A stretch of 64,000 bases of DNA from Mytilus trossulus. Taxonomy: Eukaryota. Below, piece by piece: positions 22,801-35,300 of this stretch. The position numbers and the translations under genes were made by a program. The stretch lies in assembly GCF_036588685.1 (NCBI RefSeq), contig NC_086373.1, positions 7,378,001-7,442,000 on the forward strand, in the 5' to 3' direction. The notes below the pieces were generated by a model that was given only the letters and a program-made list of their open reading frames with translations, had not been told where the DNA came from and searched no databases. Position 1 is the first letter of the stretch; the number at the start of each line of letters is the position of its first letter.

Positions 22801-25800
22801 AAAAATCAACTTTAACAGTCACAATTCGAACAGTTCATTTTAACATTGCTTATTTGTTTTCAAGGGGGGTTCGTCCGAGTATGTATGTATGTATGTATAA
22901 GTTTAACTAGGGAGGAATTTGTTAGGTTGAGTTGGACATTGAATTCATTGATGTCTTTGACCCAGATGTTAAACATACAGAGTCAAATATACAAAATAAA
23001 CCTGATATGGTTTCACTCTGATATTGTTTAAACTGTTGTTTTATTTTTACAGGTACCAAGGCCACTGTCCAACAACAAAATATGATTATGGTGAAACATA
23101 TGGAGAAGCAACATCAAAGCATTTCCAAGATTACCGTTCCAGAGTTTTAAGTGCATCAGCTGACCCTTACTGTCGCGGTGGTGAATTTCCAACATACTAC
23201 ACACACAGACCAGAAACAGTCATTAGCAATAGAGCAAGAAATAGGGACAGATGGCTATTAACACCAAAATATTCATTAACAAATGTAGATTTTGATAGAA
23301 AAGAAGAATTAAAATCATATGACAGGGTAAATTTTTTATTGAATACAATGTTATATATTAAAAAAACACAATGGGGTATGATTGCCAATGACACAACTCT
23401 CCACAAAAGACCAAAATGACTCAGAAATTAACAACTATAGGTCACATACGGCCTTCAACAACGAGCAAAGCCCATATCTCATACATGTAGTAAACTTTAA
23501 ATGGCCACAAAATGACAATGTAAAACAATTCAAATGAGAAAACTAACGGCCTTATTTATGATATAAAAGTTATAATTTTCTTAATTTAAAAAAATATGCA
23601 TTAAAATTCACCATTATACTAAAAATGAATGCAAAAAGATCCATGTAGGTTGTTAAATAACTTTTTTGGGATAACAATTTATCCTCTAAATTAAGTAAGG
23701 ACAGATCTTTATTAATAATTTAAAAGTATTCGATGTATAAAGTTACAGTTGTAATATCAGAACTGGACAAACATGAATATTACTTTATGGCAAAAAATAT
23801 TATTTAGCAAATAGCCTTGAAGTTTATCTTTGTTTTTTCAGCTTGCACAGAGACATAGAGAACATTACGTTGACAAATCAGGAACAGTTAAAAGAACTGC
23901 ACACTTTGATATACCTAGTGATGCTGAAGATCAATTACGTAGAAATGTTAAGTTGTAAGTTATGGGTGTACAATCTGCTTGTCTTTGTTTTATATATGTA
24001 TGCTTATTAACTGCACAAAGCTTTAGCTTTATATTGATCACATAATAACTTTTAACCAGCATGGTTTCTTTCTTCTTGTGTTTATATTTAATTTCCAATG
24101 GGATTCAAAAATATTATTTATCAGTTGATGTATGTGTAAAAAAAATTACAAAACTGTTGGATATGGACTATTACAATGATGAATTATAACAGTTATGAGA
24201 AATTTCTATGTATGACTGTCAGATGCTTTCTTTATGATAAATATGTTTTATAATTAAGATCTTTTCAGAAAATGAAAGACACATACATACATACCATATG
24301 TATACTAAATGTTTACTCTTATTCAATGCAAAAAATGTTGGTTTATTGGAGTGTGTATCGCCCTACACAACAACTGTATGCTCTAAGTCTGACAGTAATT
24401 CAAGTAGTTAAGTGTTGCTAATGTTTTATTAATATATAGTAGTTTGTTATTGTTTTGTTCGCTTAAGTTCTACTTAGTCTTTTTTCTTCGTTGTTGACAT
24501 TTTTGCTGAGTCTGGTGCAATCATTTGTTAAGTTTTCTAGAGTTTATATGTGTTTTCTATTATGTTTAGCCTAAGTACTAGTAGTCTGTACTTTGTAGCT
24601 TTTTCCCACTCTTAAAATCAAATTTGACCAATATGCAAAAATACTGCTAAATTCTCTTTAAATATTACTAATAACAGGATGATTTAGTTTTCTTAACATA
24701 TTAGACTCTTTTATAATAGGAAAAACTTACTTTTCTTGTAATATTCAAAAAACTGTCTTGTAAAAGAAAAAAAATAATATAATATTCTTGTGCCTGCTTA
24801 GATAATAATTTAGCAAAAATCACTTTTAAGTAGAGTAGAGTATTAGGATGATTTGGTAATATATATATATAATCTACATGTACATGTATGCATGTCTAGC
24901 TTATAGATGTAGTAGATTAATGTAGAATAGTCAAATGTACACCCATACAATAAATAAAAAAACTTGTTGTAAACATTTTTCATTTAAGTCTGAATTTAAG
25001 GATTTAAAAATAGCTATTAAAACATGTATCTTTATAATAAGTGGGAAATAACTTTATATTAGAATGTCAAACAAATTTAGCTTTTTTTTCAAAATATTTC
25101 ATTTGTGGCACAATTTTAGCATGAGCATTTGAAATGCAATGAACTTTGATTATGAAATCACATTGTGTGTGGCATTGCAGAAGCACTTTTGAAAGAACTT
25201 TTAATTTATAAAACACGAAGTGTAATATGTTTTTTGCTAACCATCTGTGTGTTTGAGTTTGCACGCTGATCGTGTGGTGTGTGGTAATGGTCTAAAGAGA
25301 TGACAGTTATGGTGAGTACAATGGTTATGTCTGACACAGATTTCTTATTCTTCTACTCTATCTTCTTCCATTAAAATAAAATATAGTAACAATCATGTCA
25401 CAAGTTTGTCTTCAAACTAAACCAGGTGCTCCGCAGTGCACAGCTTTATACGACCATAGAGGTTGACCCCTAAACAGTTGGGGCAAGTATGGACACATTA
25501 TTCAAGCTTGATACAGCTCTGAATTTGGATTGTGATCAAATTCTTTACATTATATGAGTTTCTGACACTAAATAAAGTCATGATCTTACAAATCTATTAT
25601 GCAATATTGTGCAATTAAAGATTTCAACTTCAAACTGTAAAAAATTTGGAGTTGAAGAAATTTGGAAAAAAAAATTGAAAACTACTACCACCCCCCTTTT
25701 TTTAAAATAAGTCCAAAACCTGACATTTCTTTATACATTATTAGCTCACCTTTCCTAAAAGGAAATGTGAGCTTTTCTCATTACTTGGCGTCCGTCGTCG

Positions 25801-28512
25801 TCTCTGTCTGTCGACGTTAACAATTTTTCAAACATCTTTTCTGAAACTACTGAATGGATTTGGATGATACTTAGCATGATTGTTCCTTAGATTATCCTGC
25901 ACAAAGTTTGTGCTTCGATTTTTGATCCGTCAAAAAACATGGCCGCCGTTACTTAAAATAGAACATAGGGGTCAAACAACATTTTTATGCAAATATTTCA
26001 AATATCATTAGGATAAGGCTAATTCTGTTAGGTTGAAAGTGTTGAGCATGATAAGAGCTGCCTGTGTGCAGATTTTTGTGAAAATCTGTCCACCTTTTTA
26101 TGAGTTAATGCCCTTTTTTACATTTTTGGCTATTTTTATGTTATTATTTCAAAAATCTTCTTCTCTGAAACGACTATTCAAAATTAAATGAAACTTGGGA
26201 AGATTGTACCTTAGGATATCTTGCAAAAATTTTATGCTTGGATTTTTGATTGGTTGAAAAACTTGTCCGCCGTGACTAAAAATAGAACATAGGGGGCAAA
26301 ATGCTGTTTTTTGCTATTTTTTCCTGAATCATAGAAAGAAAATGAAGATGAAGGCTACTTTGAAGTTAAACATGTTATCCTGGGTTTAATGGTGTTGATG
26401 AAAATTTGTTTTGGGTTGCCATTTTTAAAATAGCTGCCATTTCACGACCAATTTTTACATTTGCTTGGATTTCAATGATATTTGGTTTATGTAGTAAACA
26501 TGGTATGGTGAGTTGGATGGTGAAATATTTTGATTCTGAATTTTGAGAAAATAAATAATTTGGCCAGCAAGGGGACAATGCCCATTTCTTTCCAGAGGTT
26601 CCTAAGAGGCTTTAAAAGGTACTTCCAGGATAGTACATGGCCTTTGTTACTCTGTTTAATTTACAACAAACATTAATTTATTAATTTAGTTAATAAGGCA
26701 TTGTTTTACAGGTGAGCGATTCAGGCTCTTGAGAGCCTCTTGTTTACAAGTAGTGTAAGGAAAGTAAATCTGCACAAACAAAATATTGTATGTTAACTGT
26801 TTATGTTTTACCTCCATTACACTGCTTTTGAATTGTCTTAATTGTTCATTGACCAGAAAAACCTAAGTTTCCCCCTTTTTTTGCTCCTAATTCCAAAACA
26901 TTTTAAGAACCCCCAAAGTTATAACTAACCATCCCTTATTGGTATGGAAACTTGTGGTATTATTTCAGAGAGATTCATCCACTTAACACAAGTTATTGTT
27001 TGAAAACTACAAAAATGCTTATTTTAAACCTCCTTTTTGGCCCCTAAATCCTAAACTGTGAGGACCATAACCCCCAAAATCAATCCAAACTTTCATTTAG
27101 TGGTATTGAACCTTCTGGTAAAAATTAATAGAGATCCAATAAGTAAATCTAAAGTTAGTCTGGAAAATCTTGTTTATCCTATTTTTTTGCCCCTAATCTC
27201 ACCTTTTTTAGCCCCTAATTCCAAAACATTTAGATTCATAACCCCCCAAAGTCATTTATTACCATCCCTTCATGGTATGGAAATGTGTGGTATAATTTCA
27301 GAGAGATACATACACTTAAACACAAGTTATTGTTTTAAAACTACAAAAATGCTTATTTTGGGGCCCCCTTTTTGGCCCCAGATTCCTAAACTATTGGGAC
27401 CATAACCCCCAAAAATTAATCCCAACCTTCTTTTAGTGGTATTAAACCTTCTGGTAAAAATTTAAAGATATCCATTCACTTAATCTAAAGCTATTGTCTT
27501 GAAACTGAATGTGTCTTTGGACTACAACGACATGATACCATTATACAATGCAAATTTTTTTTTGGCGGTTGTTTAAAAACTATCTGCTTGAATAATTTCA
27601 CCAATTATATACATGTCCTGATTTTCAAAGCTAAAGTTATCAAATTGCGGTGTCCATTGATTTTAAAGTATAGATGAAGAATAAATATAAAATATCATCA
27701 ATTACAATATATCCGAACTAATCTGAGTATATATTATTTTGATACTGAGTCAACCCAATACCATTGTTTTACTTTTGATAACTCATTACTTCCAGCACTT
27801 AAAATGAGCACTGCAGAAAACCACAGGAATGTCGACTTATTTTTCAGTGTTTGGTATTGATAATTTCATATCATTCATATCATACATGTATAATTTGTTT
27901 TTCATTACATCTATTTTTTTAAGAACTTGATTTGTTCAGAGTTTCACATTATATTGAACAGAAACTGGTCACAAATAAGATGGTATATAGTCTTTACTCT
28001 ATAAGCACATTTATAAGGTCACCTTTTATAGATGTTCCACAGAAAATGGAAATCCTCAAACAGTTGAGTGCCATATCATTTGTTTATGAAAGAGCATTTC
28101 AAACTTTTCTTAAAAATATATCACCTTGATCATTGATGCAATATATGTGAGCTGAAATATTACACTTAAGTAAATTGCTTCTTACATAATTTTATATTTT
28201 CTTCATTATTTTCGCAAATTTAATAAAACTGTATAGCTATGAAGCAGACATTGGAATAACACATTAAAACTCATGGTGTGGTCCTTGTATAAAGCATATT
28301 CTAAGTTTACTTAATGCATTTATTTTTTAATACTAAATTAATCTTTTTTTTTTATTCCTAACAGTGTTATAATGTCTACCCGACATTCAGATAACATCAA
28401 TCTGCCATACCTAGATCATGAGGCAAGAAGATCACCTCTTATACGAAGATTTGCTGACAGAAGTTCCCAACGAGACAGAGAAATGAGGGATGTTATTTTT
28501 GAAAAGCGATAA
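19825..28512 (+). CDS. CIMIP2C: Ciliary microtubule inner protein 2C (FAM166C/C2orf70 ortholog), 201 aa, 4 exons
   Basis: Exons 19825-19895, 23053-23326, 23842-23954, 28365-28512 (606 nt). [41 protein letters not shown]...HFQDYR...GGEFPT...RNRDRWL...HREHYVDKSGTV...RDVIFEKR* has the PGYxGHxP (FAM166) motif and matches C2orf70 end to end. Confidence 0.92.
20427..21659. mobile_element. Non-autonomous DNA transposon with 8-bp TSD
   Basis: Perfect TIR CTCGGGGGGGCCACTTC / GAAGTGGCCCCCCCGAG, TSD TTTCCCCA (20419-20426, 21660-21667). It splits a copy of the TTGACACATTCCCCATTT repeat. Confidence 0.88.
20994..21382. mobile_element. TTAA-target MITE (Kolobok/piggyBac-like) nested in the 8-bp-TSD element
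   Basis: TTAA|GGATGT ... ACTTCC|TTAA; related copy at about 18940-19362. Confidence 0.65.
21697..22168. mobile_element. MITE
   Basis: Imperfect TIR GGTCCAAGACCACAATT / AATTGTATTCTCGGACC. Confidence 0.6.
25419..27579 (-). mobile_element. Helentron/HINE-like element with internal tandem repeats of about 150 bp (family A), carrying a nested HINE
   Basis: End AACCAGGTGCTCCGCAG..GCAGCTTTATACGACC and opposite end GCGGTTGTTTAAAAA; repeats of CCTAAACTGTTGGGACCATAACCCCCAAAATCAAT. Homologous to 34460-35975, 41790-42828, 47329-49325 and 50578-51000. Confidence 0.75.
25737..26745 (+). mobile_element. HINE-like element nested in the family A copy
   Basis: TTATTAGCTCACC...GTGAGCT, GCGTCCGTCGTC tract, two internal repeats (TCTGAAAC.ACT...AAAATAGAACATAGGGG) and 3' CAGGTGAGCGATTCAGGCTCTTGAGAGCCTCTTGTT. 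Confidence 0.8.
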
Positions 28513-29512
28513 TAGGATAGACAAATTAGTTATGTTGTTTTGATGTCCACACTTTATGTATTTGCTTCATTTCTATAAAAAAATCCATAAAGAGATTTGA
28601 ACTGAAGGCAAAAATTAAGAAAAGCAAGAAACATTTCATATTTATCAGCTTTGTAATCTTACTGCAAGCTTCAGTAGTCAAATTTCTATATATGATCATT
28701 AATTGATGAAAATTACAATCTGAAAACAGATCCCCAAAAAAGTGTATGCTAACTTGTACATGTAATAAATTATAGAAGAGAAGCCTTTAAATGAAAATTA
28801 TTTATTGTTTAAAGTATTTGTTTCTTTTGTTTTTTAAAGAATTTACTATTGTTGAAATGTGATAATAATTTTTACTATTTTTTATAAATTATATCTTTAC
28901 AATGAGTTTACAATTTTTTCATAATATATGTTATACAATCTATCCTATTCATGTTAATGAGAATTTTACAGTTCAACTGGTGGTAGTTCTGAATGTCTCA
29001 AAAAGGATAATTTGGAGTAATTGCACATTTTATATACTGTTTATAGTAGATTTGTAATAGTTTTATTGTTCTGCTGTTTTGTTGTTTTGATTTTAAAGGG
29101 ATATAATTCACTTAAGAAATCTTGTCAAACAAACTTTTCGACTTATAATTTTCGATATTTGACCAAATAATTACTAGAAGAACATTATATAAGATAAGAT
29201 AAAAAAAAAAATGTGAATAAGCAAAATTGTCAGTCATTTACATTGTGCATAATTCTGTGATAATTACCTGTTATATTATAATAAATTTTAAGTGTCTGTA
29301 TTCAATTGTATTTTCAATAAACTTCTTTCAATACACAAAAAGAATAACTGGAATAGACAAAAATATTGGACAGTAACAGCAAACCACATAAAACACAAAA
29401 TACCTTGAAAATATACACCTTAAAACCACAACACATGGTCAAGATAGCCTCACAGAGTATAGCGTTTGGTCGGGGAAACCATTTTATGTACACAAAACTC
29501 ATGTGCCTTAAT

Positions 29513-29977
29513 ATTATACCCCCGCTTTAAAAAAGGGGGGGTATACTGTTTTACCTTTGTCTGTCCTTCCGTCAGTCCGTCCGTCCCATGAATATTTTTC
29601 ATCGCATTTTTCTCAGGAACTACAATACAAGGATTTCTGAAATTTGGTTTCAGGGTTTATCTAAGTCAGCTATACTGTGTGATGCGTTTTCAGATTGATC
29701 ATTCGACAACTTCCTGTTTACCGAACACTTGTATGATTTTACACATGATAGCCAAGTTGAAAATTTTCGTAACATTTTTCTCAGGAACTACAATACAAGG
29801 ATTTCTGAAATTTGGTTTCAGGATTTATATAAGTCAGCTATACCGTGTGATGCGCTCTCAGATTCATCACTCGACAACTTCCTGTTTACCGAACACTTGC
29901 ATATTTTTACACTATTAATATTATCCACTTGCGGCGCGGGTATCATCAGTGAGCAGTAGCTTGCAGTTTCACTTGTT
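29513..29977 (+). mobile_element. DINE-1/Helentron-like HINE with two 168-bp core repeats
   Basis: TTATACCCCCGC..GGGGGGTATA 5' hairpin, (GTCC)n microsatellite, tandem cores starting at 29606 and 29774, 3' GCGGGTAT and hairpin AGTGAGC..GTTTCACTTGTT. Confidence 0.82.
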
Positions 29978-30654
29978 ATCTTAGCCATATTTCATATTAT
30001 TCCAGAATTCACCCAAAAAAAAGTACTATGGAATATGGATGATGGTTAATACTAGGGATGTCAACTCGGATAATAATTTCAAATCAAGTACTTGTTGTTT
30101 CTATTACGTGATACTTGAGTACTTCCTCAGGAATATAAATACAACATGGAAACACAAAAATATGTACTTTACATTCTGGTTTGTTCACTTTTTTGCTCAA
30201 CATTAATATAGCTCAAAACCAGCATACTGTTTACAAAAAAGAGTGAGGATTAGAGGTTGAACTTTTCACTAAGGGTAACGAGAGGATGCAACAAATTATT
30301 TTGTTTGGATCATTTTCTTGTCAACTATTGTTTGAATAATAAAAATTGGTCTTGCAGATGAAAATATTTGCTCTGACGGTAGTGGTGCATGTGACAGAAT
30401 GGTAAAGCCATTCTATGTTAAGTGCTCGCCTAGGTATAACTCACAAATTACTCGGGCATTTTGAATAACAATTAAGCACAAGCATTGAAAACAAAATGTT
30501 TAATTTTGAGTGTTATTTACTAGTATTCAATTTCCCCCTATTTTGGTTGGTTACATAGGGAATCACTAAGTGTTAGAGTAGCAATCACTCTCGTAAGCAG
30601 CCAGTGATTCCCCACCTATGGTAATTTCTGGATCCTGTTTCACAACTGAGGTGA

Positions 30655-31003
30655 ATATGTCTGTCTGGCAGGTATCATCTGACCTTTATCTCATTTTCAT
30701 GGTTCAATAGTCAATGTTAAGTTTTCATAGTTAAGTTTGTCTCTTAGATACTATTAGCAATAAGTCAAATATATTTAATGCATAGATTGACAGTACATGT
30801 CATTCTGGCATGGTTTATTGGTCAATGTTAAGTTTTCCTGTTTATGACTGTTTTTTTGAAACTTTATTGAATGATTGTAAGTTGAACATGTATTTATCAA
30901 GTTTATATGTTACTTGTAGTAAAGCTTTATATTTAGTATTTTATATACATAAATTCAATGATTAGTAAAGAAGGTGAGACATTTCAGGGAGTGCATTCTT
31001 GTC
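30655..31003 (+). mobile_element. Degenerate HINE-like fragment related to 38575-39720
   Basis: Shares TCATCTGACCT..CTCATTTTCATGGTT repeats and the GTAAAGAAGG.GAGACATTT end. Confidence 0.55.
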
Positions 31004-32336
31004 TTGTTCAATTGTTTTTTATTGGTTATTTCTGAGCCTTTGTATAGCAGACAATACAGTATGGCTTTTACTCATTGTTGAAGTCCATACAGTGACCTAT
31101 AAGTGTTAATCTTCTGTGTCATTTGGTCACTTGTGTAGAGTTGTCTCATTGGCAATCATACCAAATCTTCTTATTTTTATAATTAACTTACCTGAAGATT
31201 TGTCTGTTTTCCTACTATCAAGATCACATCTATGTCTAATGATATTTCTATCGTGTCATATATGTTATATTTTAAAAAAGGATATGGTATGATTGTCAAT
31301 GAGACAACTCTCCTACAGTTAATTTTGTTGCTGTAATATACCTAGTCAAATCAGAGATGCTGCCAAGCACACTATATTTAGTAATGGGAGGAATGGTAGG
31401 ATGATTGGAGTCAACATAATGTGTCTTGGTATGATAACTTGTCTTCCTGCATTATGTTACTGAGATAATACATTTCCTAAATATGCTTTGTCAAGGGTAT
31501 AACAAGAATCACTATAAATACTAGGCAGTACATCAGACTGCATCTACCACTAAAATTCCGAAAAAATACAGAAAAACACACAGGGTCCAGATAATCTTAC
31601 TTGGTAAAAGCACATGTAATATACATTTGTATTATTTAATTGCCACTGAAACCATCTAATAATCAATATGCTTAATTTAGAAATTCTTTGTAGGAAGCTG
31701 AACCACAAATTTGATTATTTTCTGCACTGATAAGGGACATAACTCAGGATTTTACAAATGTTAAATGCCCTCTTAATTTTTAACTTGATTTTGCCTTAAA
31801 ATTTCTAATGAATCACTCAAAGCATGCAATGGTCAATTCTATTATGAAATATACAACAAACAGACTGATATCAAAATATATTTATTCCTATTTCATAATC
31901 AATAAATTAATGGTTGAATTTATTTTAGAACAAATCCCTCTAATATAATATATAAAGGTTGTTTTTTTAACCAGTACAAAATGATTTGTGATAAACAAAT
32001 AAAAAATAACATATATATTTGAAAAGAACTACATTTATCAATAAAATGTTACATCTCAACTTGATGCATCAAGATTTAACCTAGGCAAACGCATTGACGA
32101 ATATTGAATATAATACAACGCCATATCACTTGCTTGTCTGCTAAAATTAAAATCTACTTGATGTTTAACTTAAAAAATATATAAGCCATTTCAATATGCC
32201 ACAAAATTTAACAAAGTTAACAGTTTAAAAAAGCATCAAATAAAATCTTCTGACGATTTAACATACAAGAATAACCCTTGTAAAAAGGTGAAACAAAATA
32301 TGATAATTTAAATGTTTATATATAAAAGAACAATTT

Positions 32337-35300
32337 TTACGATCCTCTAATTTCTTCACTTTGTAATTTTATTTTACTCTTCAGAGATAAAATTAGTTCT
32401 TTTCTATCTTTAGGAAGAGTGGCGAAATATTGTTTTTGGTCTTCAGAATATTTTTCAATGGTTTCTGTTAGATCTCTGTAAGTCCAGTCTTGCCAACAAT
32501 AATTAAACTTTTCCAAAAGTTCTATTCTCTTTTCACGAGTTGAAATGATATCTATTGGGTTTTCTTGTATGAGACTTGGACATTCAATGTTTTTAAATAT
32601 AAGAACTCCTCGTAGGGCAAACCAGCCTCCATATTGTGGATGAATACAGACGCCACACATCTTCTGTAACAAAATAAATAGTTGGTTAAAAAATCAATCT
32701 AGACAAAAAGCATGCCATGTAAAAGAATAAGACCACTTTCGAGTTTGTCCTTCATGGGAAAAAAATCATTAATAATGCCTGCACCTTTATGACGTCATTT
32801 ACCAAATATAGGGGATCGCCTGTATCCCTGCACTAATGACTTTCATCAAGTGTCTTAGTGATCGTCATCGTGCAGGATAAACTAGAAATAATGATTATTC
32901 TGTAGGTACTTAATTCCCTAATGACAGCAGTGCTGATTGTCAATTATGAGAATTAGATTTCCAGAATTATTTTGTAAAATATAGCATCATAGTTTTCCAA
33001 CCACTCGCTCAACATGAGAACAGAAGTGACAACAGCCCTACACCCACAAATGATGTTCATTTAAGCTTTTGACGGAAATGCATCGAACTCGAGAGTTGTC
33101 TACAATTCCCTGTAATGAATATACACTATTGTCACATGACATTGCACAACCAATTGAATTCTCAAGTATAAATAGAAGGTAGGATATAAAAGAATAACTA
33201 CCTTTTTTGTGTCCCAAGGATCTTCAGAAACATCTGATCTTTGATAAAAATAAGCCGCCCCAGAGACATGGGCTACAGTCTGCACCAAAACTTTGGGTCT
33301 GTGGTTTGGATGAAGCTCATAGTCGTGTATTGATTCTATGTCGAAATTGGGAAATTTCTGTAAAAGAAAATAAAACAAATATAATTTAAATATGATAAAT
33401 ATACATGTTAAGTTATAAAATAAACATAGTGATTTAACATACATGTATAATTTATTGACATAAAATTGAATTGAATTTAATTGATATTGCTTGTAGCATG
33501 CCTAGAATAACCTTTAAAATGTTGAATGAGGTCTTACAATGAGAGCCACAAATAACTAAATTAATAATAATATTTTTTTGTGAGCTTTTTTCTTTCTGTC
33601 TCATCAATGTTCATCCATTACAGAACGAAACTATTTTTTCTTTGTACAAATTGCTAAATTGTTTAAAAAATGTATTTAGAGATGCAGATGTTAAACAGTT
33701 TGCCAAATGTTTCAACTGAAATCTTTGATACTATAACAGTTTATATCAATGACAGAAGGGGACACATATAATTATAAACCAGAGACATAGATATTTAGCA
33801 GACTGTATCAACTTTTTTACAGTGCAAATTTTAAAACTAAAGGTATACAAAGACAGTAGAACAACAAGAACAACCCCAACATTATATGTACACAAACTTA
33901 AGATTTTTGACAACTGGTAATATATTTGCAGTGATCATGGATTTTATTCATGCTGATTGTTCATATTGTTGTAATGCAACATTTATAGAGTATAATGTAA
34001 ATATCACTCACCTGTTTAATCTGTTGGAAATAATGAGCCACACACTGATCTAATGGATCTTTGACACCAGTACATTCTTGTCTGCTGATAAATGGTAAGA
34101 AAGCATTCTCAAACATAGAAGGGGTACTAATGATCAAATATCCAATTGTATCATAGGTCTCTGGCAGTATAAATCTTTTATCCACTTTATCATTATACCA
34201 TCCAATCTGAAAATATAGTAAACAAAGAGACTATGTCACATTCTGAGACAAAGGCAATATAAAGTACCAAACACATATTTTTCTTAGTGTTAGTGATTAC
34301 CTTGAGAAATTCTATTGAATGTTGCAATGTCAGAAAAAAACAACCAAGCTTTGATCTATAATTTTTAACTTTTTACAAATTGTGATTTTGGATGTTGAGC
34401 TGACTCTATAGGCACTCATTATATCCACACCTCTAAGTAATCTTATTTATATCAAGTTACTTTTTATCCATCTGCAAAAAATTTTGGGGTCGTATACTGG
34501 TATCACATCGTTGTCAGCGCAATCTTTGGCAGCATTGTTCGAAAACTGATGGTTTCTTGATAATAACTTTAGTACTAGTATAAGGAAACAGAAAAAAATT
34601 TAGCAATGTTTATAACCACAATAGGAAGGTTGGGATTGATTTTGGGGGTTATGGTCCCATTGGTTTAGGAATTAGGGGCCCATAAGGGTCCAAAATATAC
34701 ATTTATCTAGTTTCAGGACAATAAGTTGTGTATAAGCATTTCAATTACTCTGAAATTGTACCACAATGTTCATACCATTAAGTAGAAGGTTGGTTTTTAT
34801 TTTAAGGGGTATGGGGCAAACAGTCTAGGAATTAAGGGCCCAAAAGGGGCCAAAAACAAGCCTTTTTTTAAAGTTTCAGGACAATAACCTATTTTTAACT
34901 CTGACATTGTACCACAAGTTTCCATATAATGAAGGGAAGGCTAAGTGTAAGTTTGAGGTTAATATCCCTGAACGACAGAACATTGAGGAAAAAGAGGCCA
35001 AAAAGAAGCATTTTTCTAGTTTACAGACAATATCTTGTGTTTAAGTGTATGGATCTCTATGAAATTATACTACAAGGTTTCTTACTACAAAGAAAAGGCT
35101 CGAATTGAGTTTTTGGGTACATGCTGCAAGGGGGGTTTCAAGAAGTGAAGGGACAAAAAAGGGGCCTTTTGCAGTTTTCATTCAATTACTTGTGTTTAAG
35201 AGTATAAATCTCTCTGAAATTATACAATTTTCTATACTACAATGGGATGGTTATAGGGGGTTATGAATTAAATCATTAAGCAATTAGGGGCAAAAAGGGG

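Noticed and set aside
25301-25303. Selenocysteine codon in the candidate CIMIP2C cassette exon
   Set aside because: The exon itself is unproven, no SECIS was recognised, and FAM166 proteins are not known selenoproteins.
27058-27405. ORFs of 60-130 aa in the six-frame track (e.g. 27058-27405, 2861-3250, 10995-11384, 51722-52048)
   Set aside because: Low-complexity AT-rich or repeat-derived translations with no recognisable domain. Where real coding sequence is included it is only an embedded exon of the six genes listed.
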